64,000 nucleotides of DNA from positions 1,178,001-1,242,000 of the forward strand of contig CM102285.1 of assembly GCA_046563655.1 (NCBI GenBank), read 5' to 3'. Positions 49,038-60,832 of the stretch are shown here, piece by piece. A program made the position numbers and the translations under genes. Below the pieces are notes generated by a model. It was not told the origin of the DNA. It worked only from the letters and a program-made list of their open reading frames with translations, and made no database searches. This DNA is from Yuukianura sp. NJ FZ-2021. Lineage: Eukaryota. Every line of letters begins with the position of its first letter. The stretch's first letter is position 1.

Positions 49038-49940
49038 CATAGATGGGCATCCTCAAAGAGGACGTCCTCAAATCCTCTATCCTCAATCGATTCCCGATCC
49101 TCAAGTACTCTTCTCCTCTATCCTCACTCGATTTCCAGTCCTCAAATCTTCAAAACCTCATCCTCATTGGTATCCCAATCCTTAAAACCTCAAATCCTCT
49201 ATCCTCAATCCCAATAATGTCCTCAAATTCTTAAACCTCTATCCTCAATTAAGTGAAAATAACTATATATAAAGTTTGGTTCACCAAGTCAATTTTATTT
49301 CAGACTAATATTCAATTTAATTAACCTAACCTAACATCGTCAGGAACACCACCAGTAACTTTCTTGTAACGCAGACTGTTGATAACTTTTGCAGATGACG
49401 AAGATTCGATTTCTTGTACTTCCTCGTCATTAATCACGACAGGACCAAACTCGAGTGTTGCCTGTTTTAAGTTCGACGACATGTTGTTCACTAACTAATT
49501 TAAATTAGATACACACCACTTCGGACTATACTATTGGCAGTGGCAGCTGATGATACAAAAGAATAATAGTGAAGAGAAGAAATAGGATCAAAGCTCATGC
49601 TCAACTTTGAAACAACCGCGGTTGTTAGCGGGATGTCTGGGGATGTCTCATTTGACTCAATTTGCTAGGAATTGCGAAATTGAGGAGTGCTAAAATACTC
49701 AATCCTCAAGTAAATGTGAATCCTCAACTACTCTAATCCTCTATCCTCACTTCATACTGTATCCTTAAATACTCAAAACCTCTATCCTCATTCAAAGTCC
49801 ATCCTCAAAACTTCAATCCTCTATACTCTTCCCGGCCATCGGTCCTCAAATCCTCTATACTCAATCCTCATCCAAAATCGTGTCCTCTTTGAGGATTTCG
49901 TCCTCTTTGAGGATTTTTTGAGTGAGGACGCCCATCTATG
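49038..49940. mobile_element. Non-autonomous hAT-type DNA transposon (MITE), 903 bp
   Basis: TIRs CATAGATGGGC(A/G)TCCTCA / TGAGGACGCCCATCTATG; 8-bp TSD GTGACAAC (49030-49037, 49941-49948); many subterminal ATCCTCA repeats. Confidence 0.85.
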
Positions 49941-50571
49941 GTGACAACATGTTACTTCCACTTTGTTGCCATCTGAACTCTTTTCCGATTAACAAGAAAA
50001 GTAACCCGTAGTGGCAACATTGGTTGTCACATCATGTATGCACTCACTGCCTCGTCGCAGGGTACCGTAATCACGCACCGGAACATGGCTAAACTTGGTA
50101 TCACAGTTGGCTGCGGAATCCTTACTTCAACCCGGATCTGTTCAAAGGACACCACACGGGGTGCTACCACCCCATCATAAAGATGGACACATAATCCCAT
50201 TTATGAGTTTATTTAATTAATATATTTAAGTAATTATATTAATAATAAAAAATATACAGAGGGAAGATTAAAGTCCCTTTAAACAGTTACGTTAGGTTTT
50301 AAGATAAGCTAAACTACCAAATATAAACATTAAACAAGCATTTCAGGCATTCACGCGTATTTAAATTAAACTAATTTTAACACAACCTAGCAAAACTGAT
50401 GTACGCATCCATTAACGTTAGCGAAGCTTCAGCCGCTGATAAAAGTTTAAGTTTTCTACAACTTGCAACATAAACTGGAAAATTTAATGCCGAAATAAGA
50501 AACTTCGCTTTTAATAGTTGTCGCTTATAGATTATATTATAATTTACATTATATTAATAATTTAGAAAGTT

Positions 50572-51598
50572 TTAGTCTGCGACGACCTTTTTACCGTGAT
50601 CTTTTTCTTGGTGGCGACCTAGATTGACCTTCCAATGAGTTTTGTAGCCACATTGAAAACAGTGGAAGCGAGGCTCTTTGTTACACTCATGCCTACACAA
50701 TCGAAAGGAAAAAACATAAACTTTTCCAAATTTTTAATTTTTTCTAATGTTACAAATTAAGTGTTAATAAAAACTCAAAAACTTAGTTTTGCAAAAGAAT
50801 ATTGATACGACTGTGTCCGTCGGTCTGCACCAGCTTTTGTAATGAAGGTCTCCTTGCGATGAAGAGGTAACAGACAGACGAACAGACAGACAGACAAAGT
50901 CATATAAATAGCCTTCTTCAGCTTATCACAAATCACAGCCCTTGATTCTAAATTTTAGTACACATTAAACTTACTTCAAGTGGAATGTCAAAAACTTGTT
51001 TTTGTTGAAGGAGCGGCTACAGCTTGGAGTTGGGCAGTAGAAGCGATTTCCTAAAAATCGTTATGCAAAAACTTACATTTTGAAATCCTAATTAAACTAT
51101 AAAAGAAATTTAAAAAATTAATGTTGGAAAACTCTAATTTCAGGATAATCTTGAAAATCGAGAACTGCAATTTTTCTTCCGTTTAGTCTTTTACCAGTTT
51201 ACCATTTCTGTTGAAACGCTTTTTGTTCCTGTCCCGCTTTCGTTTTCGTTTGGAAACGAAAGGAAAAGGAACTTCAACGGCCCTGCTGTCACTGTCCCCC
51301 ATTGGCCAAGGTTCCGTAAAATCTAACCACCACAGACACACACACAAAATTTTTCTCAGTTTTCAAAAAAAAGTTGAAAAATCATAATTCAAAAGTTGGT
51401 TTGACAATTACTGGATTGGCTTATGGAGTTTTCTTGTTGGAGATCAATTTTGATAGGACCAGTAACTCCCAATCTCAACTAAAACAAAACATTTATAAAT
51501 TTTTAAATATTTTGAAATAAAGTCATTCATAAAAACCAGCTCAATTGCTATGGCTACTTTACCATGTCTGTTGGAATTCCGAAAGCGTCTTCAACCAT
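50572..51598 (-). CDS. BTB-less partial paralog of the lola-like gene (exons ~51598-51563, 51478-51412, 51322-51203, 51050-50975, 50692-50572); short gene or pseudogene
   Basis: MVEDAFGIPTDM|LRLGVTGPIKIDLQQENSISQS|NFTEPWPMGDSD...KRKRKRDRNKKR...|GNRFYCPTPSCSRSF...HLK|HECNKEPRFHCFQCGYKTHWKVNLGRHQEKDH..* aligns exon by exon, with the same phases, to the main gene (MVEDTEPFEIGVDV|MKLEATGPIDIEL..ENSMSQS|SFSEPWQMGDGD). Confidence 0.7.
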
Positions 51599-51989
51599 TC
51601 CGAGATGTGTAAACGCCAGTTAATCATAAAAACTTTTTCTTGACAATGTCACGCAATAACTCGAGTTTTTAATTTTTTTGAACAAAATTTTAAAATAGAA
51701 TTATTCACCATAAGTAAGGTAAGGTAAATTTAATTTTAGAATTGAAAGAGACGAGAGTAGTACTTCACCACTTTAAAATCTTCTGTTTTCAATAGTAACT
51801 ACTCTTAATTTGCAAATTTGCAAAAGTTACACCATAAAATCTGCTAAACATTTTCTTTAAAAATTGGAAATTGAGGAGAAAAAAAGTAAGAAAGTGGTGA
51901 AATAAGATCATGGAATTGTAACAACACGGGATTTTTCAAACTCGAGTCATTGACTAAAACCTATTAGAGAAAATGTAACTCGTTGTCAA

Positions 51990-52290
51990 TGAATTTTGGT
52001 AGATTTTAGTGAAAGCCACTGGAAGTACTTTACGTTGGGGCAACTTTATAGTGGATCAATAAATTGAGACTACATAGAAGGCGGAGGCTGGACTTTCTAG
52101 AAGGGGGTCGATCAGCTGAGACTGCAGCATAGGCTATTGAACAAAATAGAATCATGTTTCCCCTTTACAAGTTTTTTTTGGTGGCGGAGACCCTTAAGGG
52201 ACCCTTCGTGCAAGGATGGGGCTAGAAAGTACTGAAATTCGGTATTAGTACAGTAGGACCTCTAATTCGGAAACTTTGATGGAACTGGGA
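51990..52290 (-). pseudogene. Decayed copy of the large constant exon of the lola-like gene (repeated in each 1.1-kb unit)
   Basis: Fragments QSQLIDPLL, SQFIDPL*, STSS match QSQMIDPLL..SQLTDPL..STSS but contain frameshifts and stops. Confidence 0.6.
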
Positions 52291-53121
52291 CGCTGTAAAA
52301 TAAAGTTAACTTTTTTGGGCCTTAGAATAATTTTTTTTTGTTTCAGTGTAGAGAAGTAGAAGGAAAATTTTAACCTCGTGCGATCGAAAGGCTATAAATT
52401 CAATTTCAAAGAAACTCCGGAAGCAAGCGGTGGCTATTTTGAAAGGATTTAATGGAATTTTTTAAATTTAATTTAAAGTCCATGTTTAAATGTCGATGTT
52501 CACTCGGGTCGAGGACGACCCGAGTGAACGAACAGCTGACACAAACTCCCGCATTAACCATTTTTAATCTCCAATTAACAAGACATCGTCACCGGACTCA
52601 ACTTGGAATCGATAAAGGACCACTTCACCGACACACTGATACCACTTTTGGCAGTACCCGGGAGGTAATAGTGCGATTTTTCAGTACTTTTATCTATTAC
52701 GTGTCCATCTTCAGCACACGAAACGGAGGGACGTACATAACCACGAATACAAGTACAAGTGCCACTTCTACTAACAATCGTTAACTTAACTACTCACACA
52801 CTCCACAACACCGACGGTCAACCATAACTACAAATCGTTGTACATTTGATAACTACGGAAGCGTAAAAGGGACAGCGATATACCCAGCTAACAAGACACC
52901 GCCATCACCGGACTCAACCTGGAATCGATAGAGGACTACTCCCTGACACATTAATACCACTTCTGGCAGTACTCGTGAGAACTACTCACACACTCCACAA
53001 CTCTGACGGTCAAACATAGCTACAAATCGTTTTCACATATCAAAACTACGGAAGCGTAAAAGGGACATCGAGAAACCCAGTTTTGAAGAAAACATCAACC
53101 TAACCAACCTCCAGGGAACAT

Positions 53122-53356
53122 AAAGTAACCCACAGGATAACTTGGTTAAAGTAATCCACAGGATAACTTGGTTAAAGTAATCCACAGGATAACTTGGTTA
53201 AAGTAATCCACAGGATAACTTGGTTAAAGTAATCCACAGGATAACTTGGTTAAAGTAATCCACAGGATAACCTGGTTAAGGTAATCCACAGGATAACCTG
53301 GTTAAGGTAATCCACAGGATAACCTGGTTAAGGTAATCCACAGGCTAAATTGGTTA
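53122..53356. repeat. 26-bp tandem repeat x9 (aaagtaatccacaggataacttggtt); also in copies 2 and 3
   Basis: Head-to-tail units without spacers. Confidence 0.9.
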
Positions 53357-53411
53357 AGGCTTTTGAATTTGGAAACTACGGAAGCGTAAAAGGGACATCG
53401 AGATTTCGGAA

Positions 53412-54209
53412 ATGTCAAAAGTAACCCGCTCTCCCGTGTCAGAGAAGATGACCCAATCCACACTACCGTTCCTACCACAAAACAAGGGAAGTAAACGAGC
53501 TGCCGAATCGGAACCCAACGCAGGAAACGAGCCAGCTTTGAAAAGATCAAATGTATCAAACGATGATCTAATGGCGGTAATGTCAAAACTGGTTGCAAAT
53601 ATTGCAAATATTGATACAAAAATCGACGCGAGATGCGACTCCATCGAAACCAAACTCGAGAAATACCAAGCGCAAATCGAAGAATTGCAAACGAAAACTG
53701 ATCAGCAGCAAAGAGAAATTGATCAACTGAAAAGAATGAATTCCCGTCTTACAGATGAACTTAGACGGAACAACGTTCTAATCCATGGACTCCCAGAAGT
53801 TACAAATGAAAACACAACGAACGTTACCAACGATTTCTTCAACCACTACCAAGTTCGAGTTAATGTAGAAGATGCATTCAGAATTGGAAAGTTTAACCCG
53901 TCTTCTGATAAACCTCGCCCAATTAAGGTTCGCATGTCGTCCTTTGCGCAACGCGTACAAGCACTCCAACTACGGAAGACACTCATTCAAAACAAAGATG
54001 TGTGCTCCATCACAGAAGACTTGACCATTGAAACCAGAACTGAAAGACGAAAGATCCGGGAATCACGACAAAACAGTCTAGGAAGTCGCCCTCGTGCACC
54101 CTCGCCAAGAGAAAAACGTAACGCAAGACAAAATGAGCCTGGATCATATCAACGCCCACCCGGTACATCAAGCGCCATTTCCTGGAGGAATAACACAGCG
54201 ACAACTTGA
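53412..54209 (+). CDS. LINE ORF1-like protein (coiled coil + RRM-like), 265 aa
   Basis: Heptad region followed by RRNNVLIHGLPE...AFRIGK...PRPIKVR...ITEDLT, motifs typical of L1/CR1/L2-type ORF1. Confidence 0.8.
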   Translation: MSKVTRSPVSEKMTQSTLPFLPQNKGSKRAAESEPNAGNEPALKRSNVSNDDLMAVMSKLVANIANIDTKIDARCDSIETKLEKYQAQIEELQTKTDQQQREIDQLKRMNSRLTDELRRNNVLIHGLPEVTNENTTNVTNDFFNHYQVRVNVEDAFRIGKFNPSSDKPRPIKVRMSSFAQRVQALQLRKTLIQNKDVCSITEDLTIETRTERRKIRESRQNSLGSRPRAPSPREKRNARQNEPGSYQRPPGTSSAISWRNNTATT

Positions 54210-55647
54210 CCCCCCCCCCCCTCATCGCTCCACAGTGATCAGTCAGTACTCGACTCCAAGAATCCGTGCAAAACGCTTTGGAATACCCTCATCTACGATT
54301 AATCCGAACAGAACACCAACTCCAACACTCGACTCACACCTATACCGCAAACCCCCCTGCCTCACTTGCTTAACTTTAGATTCAATAACAGTGCAACCAA
54401 CCTTAAACTTTAAACCCACTTAAACAAATTTTACCGTATTTTAAGTTCTAAATTCCAATTCACACTAAATATAAACTAAACTGTAACTTGATAGGGCAAT
54501 TGCCAATGTCAAATAAACAAATTGATTGATTGATTGATTGAAAAGTTGGTTTGACAATTACTGGATTGGCTTATGGAGTTTTCTTGTTGGAGATCAATTT
54601 TGATAGGACCAGTAACTCCCAATCTCAACTAAAACAAAACATTTATAAATTTTTAAATATTTTGAAATAAAGTCATTCATAAAAACCAGCTCAATTGCTA
54701 TGGCTACTTTACCATGTCTGTTGGAATTCCGAAAGCGTCTTCAACCATTCCGAGATGTGTAAACGCCAGTTAATCATAAAAACTTTTTCTTGACAATGTC
54801 ACGCAATAACTCGAGTTTTTAATTTTTTTGAACAAAATTTTAAAATAGAATTATTCACCATAAGTAAGGTAAGGTAAATTTAATTTTAGAATTGAAAGAG
54901 ACGAGAGTAGTACTTCACCACTTTAAAATCTTCTGTTTTCAATAGTAACTACTCTTAATTTGCAAATTTGCAAAAGTTACACCATAAAATCTGCTAAACA
55001 TTTTCTTTAAAAATTGGAAATTGAGGAGAAAAAAAGTAAGAAAGTGGTGAAATAAGATCATGGAATTGTAACAACACGGGATTTTTCAAACTCGAGTCAT
55101 TGACTAAAACCTATTAGAGAAAATGTAACTCGTTGTCAATGAATTTTGGTAGATTTTAGTGAAAGCCACTGGAAGTACTTTACGTTGGGGCAACTTTATA
55201 GTGGATCAATAAATTGAGACTACATAGAAGGCGGAGGCTGGACTTTCTAGAAGGGGGTCGATCAGCTGAGACTGCAGCATAGGCTATTGAACAAAATAGA
55301 ATCATGTTTCCCCTTTACAAGTTTTTTGGTGGCGGAGACCCTTAAGGGACCCTTCGTGCAAGGATGGGGCTAGAAAGTACTGAAATTCGGTATTAGTACA
55401 GTAGGACCTCTAATTCGGAAACTTTGATGGAACTGGGACGCTGTAAAATAAAGTTAACTTTTTTGGGCCTTAGAATAATTTTTTTTGTTTCAGTGTAGAG
55501 AAGTAGAAGGAAAATTTTAACCTCGTGCGATCGAAAGGCTATAAATTCAATTTCAAAGAAACTCCGGAAGCAAGCGGTGGCTATTTTGAAAGGATTTAAT
55601 GGAATTTTTTAAATTTAATTTAAAGTCCATGTTTAAATGTCGATGTT

Positions 55648-57680
55648 CACTCGGGTCGAGGACGACCCGAGTGAACGAACAGCTGACACAAACTCCCGCA
55701 TTAACCATTTTTAATCTCCAATTAACAAGACATCGTCACCGGACTCAACTTGGAATCGATAAAGGACCACTTCACCGACACACTGATACCACTTTTGGCA
55801 GTACCCGGGAGGTAATAGTGCGATTTTTCAGTACTTTTATCTATTACGTGTCCATCTTCAGCACACGAAACGGAGGGACGTACATAACCACGAATACAAG
55901 TACAAGTGCCACTTCTACTAACAATCGTTAACTTAACTACTCACACACTCCACAACACCGACGGTCAACCATAACTACAAATCGTTGTACATTTGATAAC
56001 TACGGAAGCGTAAAAGGGACAGCGATATACCCAGCTAACAAGACACCGCCATCACCGGACTCAACCTGGAATCGATAGAGGACTACTCCCTGACACATTA
56101 ATACCACTTCTGGCAGTACTCGTGAGAACTACTCACACACTCCACAACTCTGACGGTCAAACATAGCTACAAATCGTTTTCACATATCAAAACTACGGAA
56201 GCGTAAAAGGGACATCGAGAAACCCAGTTTTGAAGAAAACATCAACCTAACCAACCTCCAGGGAACATAAAGTAACCCACAGGATAACTTGGTTAAAGTA
56301 ATCCACAGGATAACTTGGTTAAAGTAATCCACAGGATAACTTGGTTAAAGTAATCCACAGGATAACTTGGTTAAAGTAATCCACAGGATAACTTGGTTAA
56401 AGTAATCCACAGGATAACCTGGTTAAGGTAATCCACAGGATAACCTGGTTAAGGTAATCCACAGGATAACCTGGTTAAGGTAATCCACAGGCTAAATTGG
56501 TTAAGGCTTTTGAATTTGGAAACTACGGAAGCGTAAAAGGGACATCGAGATTTCGGAAATGTCAAAAGTAACCCGCTCTCCCGTGTCAGAGAAGATGACC
56601 CAATCCACACTACCGTTCCTACCACAAAACAAGGGAAGTAAACGAGCTGCCGAATCGGAACCCAACGCAGGAAACGAGCCAGCTTTGAAAAGATCAAATG
56701 TATCAAACGATGATCTAATGGCGGTAATGTCAAAACTGGTTGCAAATATTGCAAATATTGATACAAAAATCGACGCGAGATGCGACTCCATCGAAACCAA
56801 ACTCGAGAAATACCAAGCGCAAATCGAAGAATTGCAAACGAAAACTGATCAGCAGCAAAGAGAAATTGATCAACTGAAAAGAATGAATTCCCGTCTTACA
56901 GATGAACTTAGACGGAACAACGTTCTAATCCATGGACTCCCAGAAGTTACAAATGAAAACACAACGAACGTTACCAACGATTTCTTCAACCACTACCAAG
57001 TTCGAGTTAATGTAGAAGATGCATTCAGAATTGGAAAGTTTAACCCGTCTTCTGATAAACCTCGCCCAATTAAGGTTCGCATGTCGTCCTTTGCGCAACG
57101 CGTACAAGCACTCCAACTACGGAAGACACTCATTCAAAACAAAGATGTGTGCTCCATCACAGAAGACTTGACCATTGAAACCAGAACTGAAAGACGAAAG
57201 ATCCGGGAATCACGACAAAACAGTCTAGGAAGTCGCCCTCGTGCACCCTCGCCAAGAGAAAAACGTAACGCAAGACAAAATGAGCCTGGATCATATCAAC
57301 GCCCACCCGGTACATCAAGCGCCATTTCCTGGAGGAATAACACAGCGACAACTTGACCCCCTCATCGCTCCACAGTGATCAGTCAGTACTCGACTCCAAG
57401 AATCCGTGCAAAACGCTTTGGAATACCCTCATCTACGATTAATCCGAACAGAACACCAACTCCAACACTCGACTCACACCTATACCGCAAACCCCCCTGC
57501 CTCACTTGCTTAACTTTAGATTCAATAACAGTGCAACCAACCTTAAACTTTAAACCCACTTAAACAAATTTTACCGTATTTTAAGTTCTAAATTCCAATT
57601 CACACTAAATATAAACTAAACTGTAACTTGATAGGGCAATTGCCAATGTCAAATAAACAAATTAATTGATTGATTGATTG
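55648..57680 (+). mobile_element. ORF1-only retroelement-like unit, copy 2
   Basis: Near-identical to 52501-54540. Confidence 0.75.
56559..57356 (+). CDS. LINE ORF1-like protein, copy 2
   Basis: Identical translation to 53412-54209. Confidence 0.8.
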   Translation: MSKVTRSPVSEKMTQSTLPFLPQNKGSKRAAESEPNAGNEPALKRSNVSNDDLMAVMSKLVANIANIDTKIDARCDSIETKLEKYQAQIEELQTKTDQQQREIDQLKRMNSRLTDELRRNNVLIHGLPEVTNENTTNVTNDFFNHYQVRVNVEDAFRIGKFNPSSDKPRPIKVRMSSFAQRVQALQLRKTLIQNKDVCSITEDLTIETRTERRKIRESRQNSLGSRPRAPSPREKRNARQNEPGSYQRPPGTSSAISWRNNTATT

Positions 57681-58791
57681 AAAAGTTGGTTTGACAATTA
57701 CTGGATTGGCTTATGGAGTTTTCTTGTTGGAGATCAATTTTGATAGGACCAGTAACTCCCAATCTCAACTAAAACAAAACATTTATAAATTTTTAAATAT
57801 TTTGAAATAAAGTCATTCATAAAAACCAGCTCAATTGCTATGGCTACTTTACCATGTCTGTTGGAATTCCGAAAGCGTCTTCAACCATTCCGAGATGTGT
57901 AAACGCCAGTTAATCATAAAAACTTTTTCTTGACAATGTCACGCAATAACTCGAGTTTTTAATTTTTTTGAACAAAATTTTAAAATAGAATTATTCACCA
58001 TAAGTAAGGTAAGGTAAATTTAATTTTAGAATTGAAAGAGACGAGAGTAGTACTTCACCACTTTAAAATCTTCTGTTTTCAATAGTAACTACTCTTAATT
58101 TGCAAATTTGCAAAAGTTACACCATAAAATCTGCTAAACATTTTCTTTAAAAATTGGAAATTGAGGAGAAAAAAAGTAAGAAAGTGGTGAAATAAGATCA
58201 TGGAATTGTAACAACACGGGATTTTTCAAACTCGAGTCATTGACTAAAACCTATTAGAGAAAATGTAACTCGTTGTCAATGAATTTTGGTAGATTTTAGT
58301 GAAAGCCACTGGAAGTACTTTACGTTGGGGCAACTTTATAGTGGATCAATAAATTGAGACTACATAGAAGGCGGAGGCTGGACTTTCTAGAAGGGGGTCG
58401 ATCAGCTGAGACTGCAGCATAGGCTATTGAACAAAATAGAATCATGTTTCCCCTTTACAAGTTTTTTTTTGGTGGCGGAGACCCTTAAGGGACCCTTCGT
58501 GCAAGGATGGGGCTAGAAAGTACTGAAATTCGGTATTAGTACAGTAGGACCTCTAATTCGGAAACTTTGATGGAACTGGGACGCTGTAAAATAAAGTTAA
58601 CTTTTTTGGGCCTTAGAATAATTTTTTTTGTTTCAGTGTAGAGAAGTAGAAGGAAAATTTTAACCTCGTGCGATCGAAAGGCTATAAATTCAATTTCAAA
58701 GAAACTCCGGAAGCAAGCGGTGGCTATTTTGAAAGGATTTAATGGAATTTTTTTAAATTTAATTTAAAGTCCATGTTTAAATGTCGATGTT

Positions 58792-60832
58792 CACTCGGGT
58801 CGAGGACGACCCGAGTGAACGAACAGCTGACACAAACTCCCGCATTAACCATTTTTAATCTCCAATTAACAAGACATCGTCACCGGACTCAACTTGGAAT
58901 CGATAAAGGACCACTTCACCGACACACTGATACCACTTTTGGCAGTACCCGGGAGGTAATAGTGCGATTTTTCAGTACTTTTATCTATTACGTGTCCATC
59001 TTCAGCACACGAAACGGAGGGACGTACATAACCACGAATACAAGTACAAGTGCCACTTCTACTAACAATCGTTAACTTAACTACTCACACACTCCACAAC
59101 ACCGACGGTCAACCATAACTACAAATCGTTGTACATTTGATAACTACGGAAGCGTAAAAGGGACAGCGATATACCCAGCTAACAAGACACCGCCATCACC
59201 GGACTCAACCTGGAATCGATAGAGGACTACTCCCTGACACATTAATACCACTTCTGGCAGTACTCGTGAGAACTACTCACACACTCCACAACTCTGACGG
59301 TCAAACATAGCTACAAATCGTTTTCACATATCAAAACTACGGAAGCGTAAAAGGGACATCGAGAAACCCAGTTTTGAAGAAAACATCAACCTAACCAACC
59401 TCCAGGGAACATAAAGTAACCCACAGGATAACTTGGTTAAAGTAATCCACAGGATAACTTGGTTAAAGTAATCCACAGGATAACTTGGTTAAAGTAATCC
59501 ACAGGATAACTTGGTTAAAGTAATCCACAGGATAACTTGGTTAAAGTAATCCACAGGATAACCTGGTTAAGGTAATCCACAGGATAACCTGGTTAAGGTA
59601 ATCCACAGGATAACCTGGTTAAGGTAATCCACAGGCTAAATTGGTTAAGGCTTTTGAATTTGGAAACTACGGAAGCGTAAAAGGGACATCGAGATTTCGG
59701 AAATGTCAAAAGTAACCCGCTCTCCCGTGTCAGAGAAGATGACCCAATCCACACTACCGTTCCTACCACAAAACAAGGGAAGTAAACGAGCTGCCGAATC
59801 GGAACCCAACGCAGGAAACGAGCCAGCTTTGAAAAGATCAAATGTATCAAACGATGATCTAATGGCGGTAATGTCAAAACTGGTTGCAAATATTGCAAAT
59901 ATTGATACAAAAATCGACGCGAGATGCGACTCCATCGAAACCAAACTCGAGAAATACCAAGCGCAAATCGAAGAATTGCAAACGAAAACTGATCAGCAGC
60001 AAAGAGAAATTGATCAACTGAAAAGAATGAATTCCCGTCTTACAGATGAACTTAGACGGAACAACGTTCTAATCCATGGACTCCCAGAAGTTACAAATGA
60101 AAACACAACGAACGTTACCAACGATTTCTTCAACCACTACCAAGTTCGAGTTAATGTAGAAGATGCATTCAGAATTGGAAAGTTTAACCCGTCTTCTGAT
60201 AAACCTCGCCCAATTAAGGTTCGCATGTCGTCCTTTGCGCAACGCGTACAAGCACTCCAACTACGGAAGACACTCATTCAAAACAAAGATGTGTGCTCCA
60301 TCACAGAAGACTTGACCATTGAAACCAGAACTGAAAGACGAAAGATCCGGGAATCACGACAAAACAGTCTAGGAAGTCGCCCTCGTGCACCCTCGCCAAG
60401 AGAAAAACGTAACGCAAGACAAAATGAGCCTGGATCATATCAACGCCCACCCGGTACATCAAGCGCCATTTCCTGGAGGAATAACACAGCGACAACTTGA
60501 CCCCCCCCCCCCCTCATCGCTCCACAGTGATCAGTCAGTACTCGACTCCAAGAATCCGTGCAAAACGCTTTGGAATACCCTCATCTACGATTAATCCGAA
60601 CAGAACACCAACTCCAACACTCGACTCACACCTATACCGCAAACCCCCCTGCCTCACTTGCTTAACTTTAGATTCAATAACAGTGCAACCAACCTTAAAC
60701 TTTAAACCCACTTAAACAAATTTTACCGTATTTTAAGTTCTAAATTCCAATTCACACTAAATATAAACTAAACTGTAACTTGATAGGGCAATTGCCAATG
60801 TCAAATAAACAAATTAATTGATTGATTGATTG
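58792..60832 (+). mobile_element. ORF1-only retroelement-like unit, copy 3
   Basis: Near-identical to 52501-54540. Confidence 0.75.
59703..60500 (+). CDS. LINE ORF1-like protein, copy 3
   Basis: Identical translation to 53412-54209. Confidence 0.8.
   Translation: MSKVTRSPVSEKMTQSTLPFLPQNKGSKRAAESEPNAGNEPALKRSNVSNDDLMAVMSKLVANIANIDTKIDARCDSIETKLEKYQAQIEELQTKTDQQQREIDQLKRMNSRLTDELRRNNVLIHGLPEVTNENTTNVTNDFFNHYQVRVNVEDAFRIGKFNPSSDKPRPIKVRMSSFAQRVQALQLRKTLIQNKDVCSITEDLTIETRTERRKIRESRQNSLGSRPRAPSPREKRNARQNEPGSYQRPPGTSSAISWRNNTATT

Larger units (their letters stand above)
52501..54540 (+). mobile_element. ORF1-only non-LTR retroelement-like unit, copy 1
   Basis: 5' hairpin, repetitive 5' UTR, single ORF1-like CDS, AATAAA followed by an (ATTG)n tail; no RT/EN ORF. 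Confidence 0.75.

Noticed and set aside
51391-52500. X segments as LTRs of an LTR retrotransposon
   Set aside because: No TG...CA ends, PBS/PPT or gag/pol seen; X contains host lola-paralog exons and is continuous with unique flanks on both outer sides.
52452-52784. 110-aa ORF (and its copies) as a gene
   Set aside because: Straddles the X/E junction and the hairpin; no recognisable motif.
53122-53356. 26-bp repeat as a CRISPR array
   Set aside because: No spacers; a plain minisatellite inside the element.
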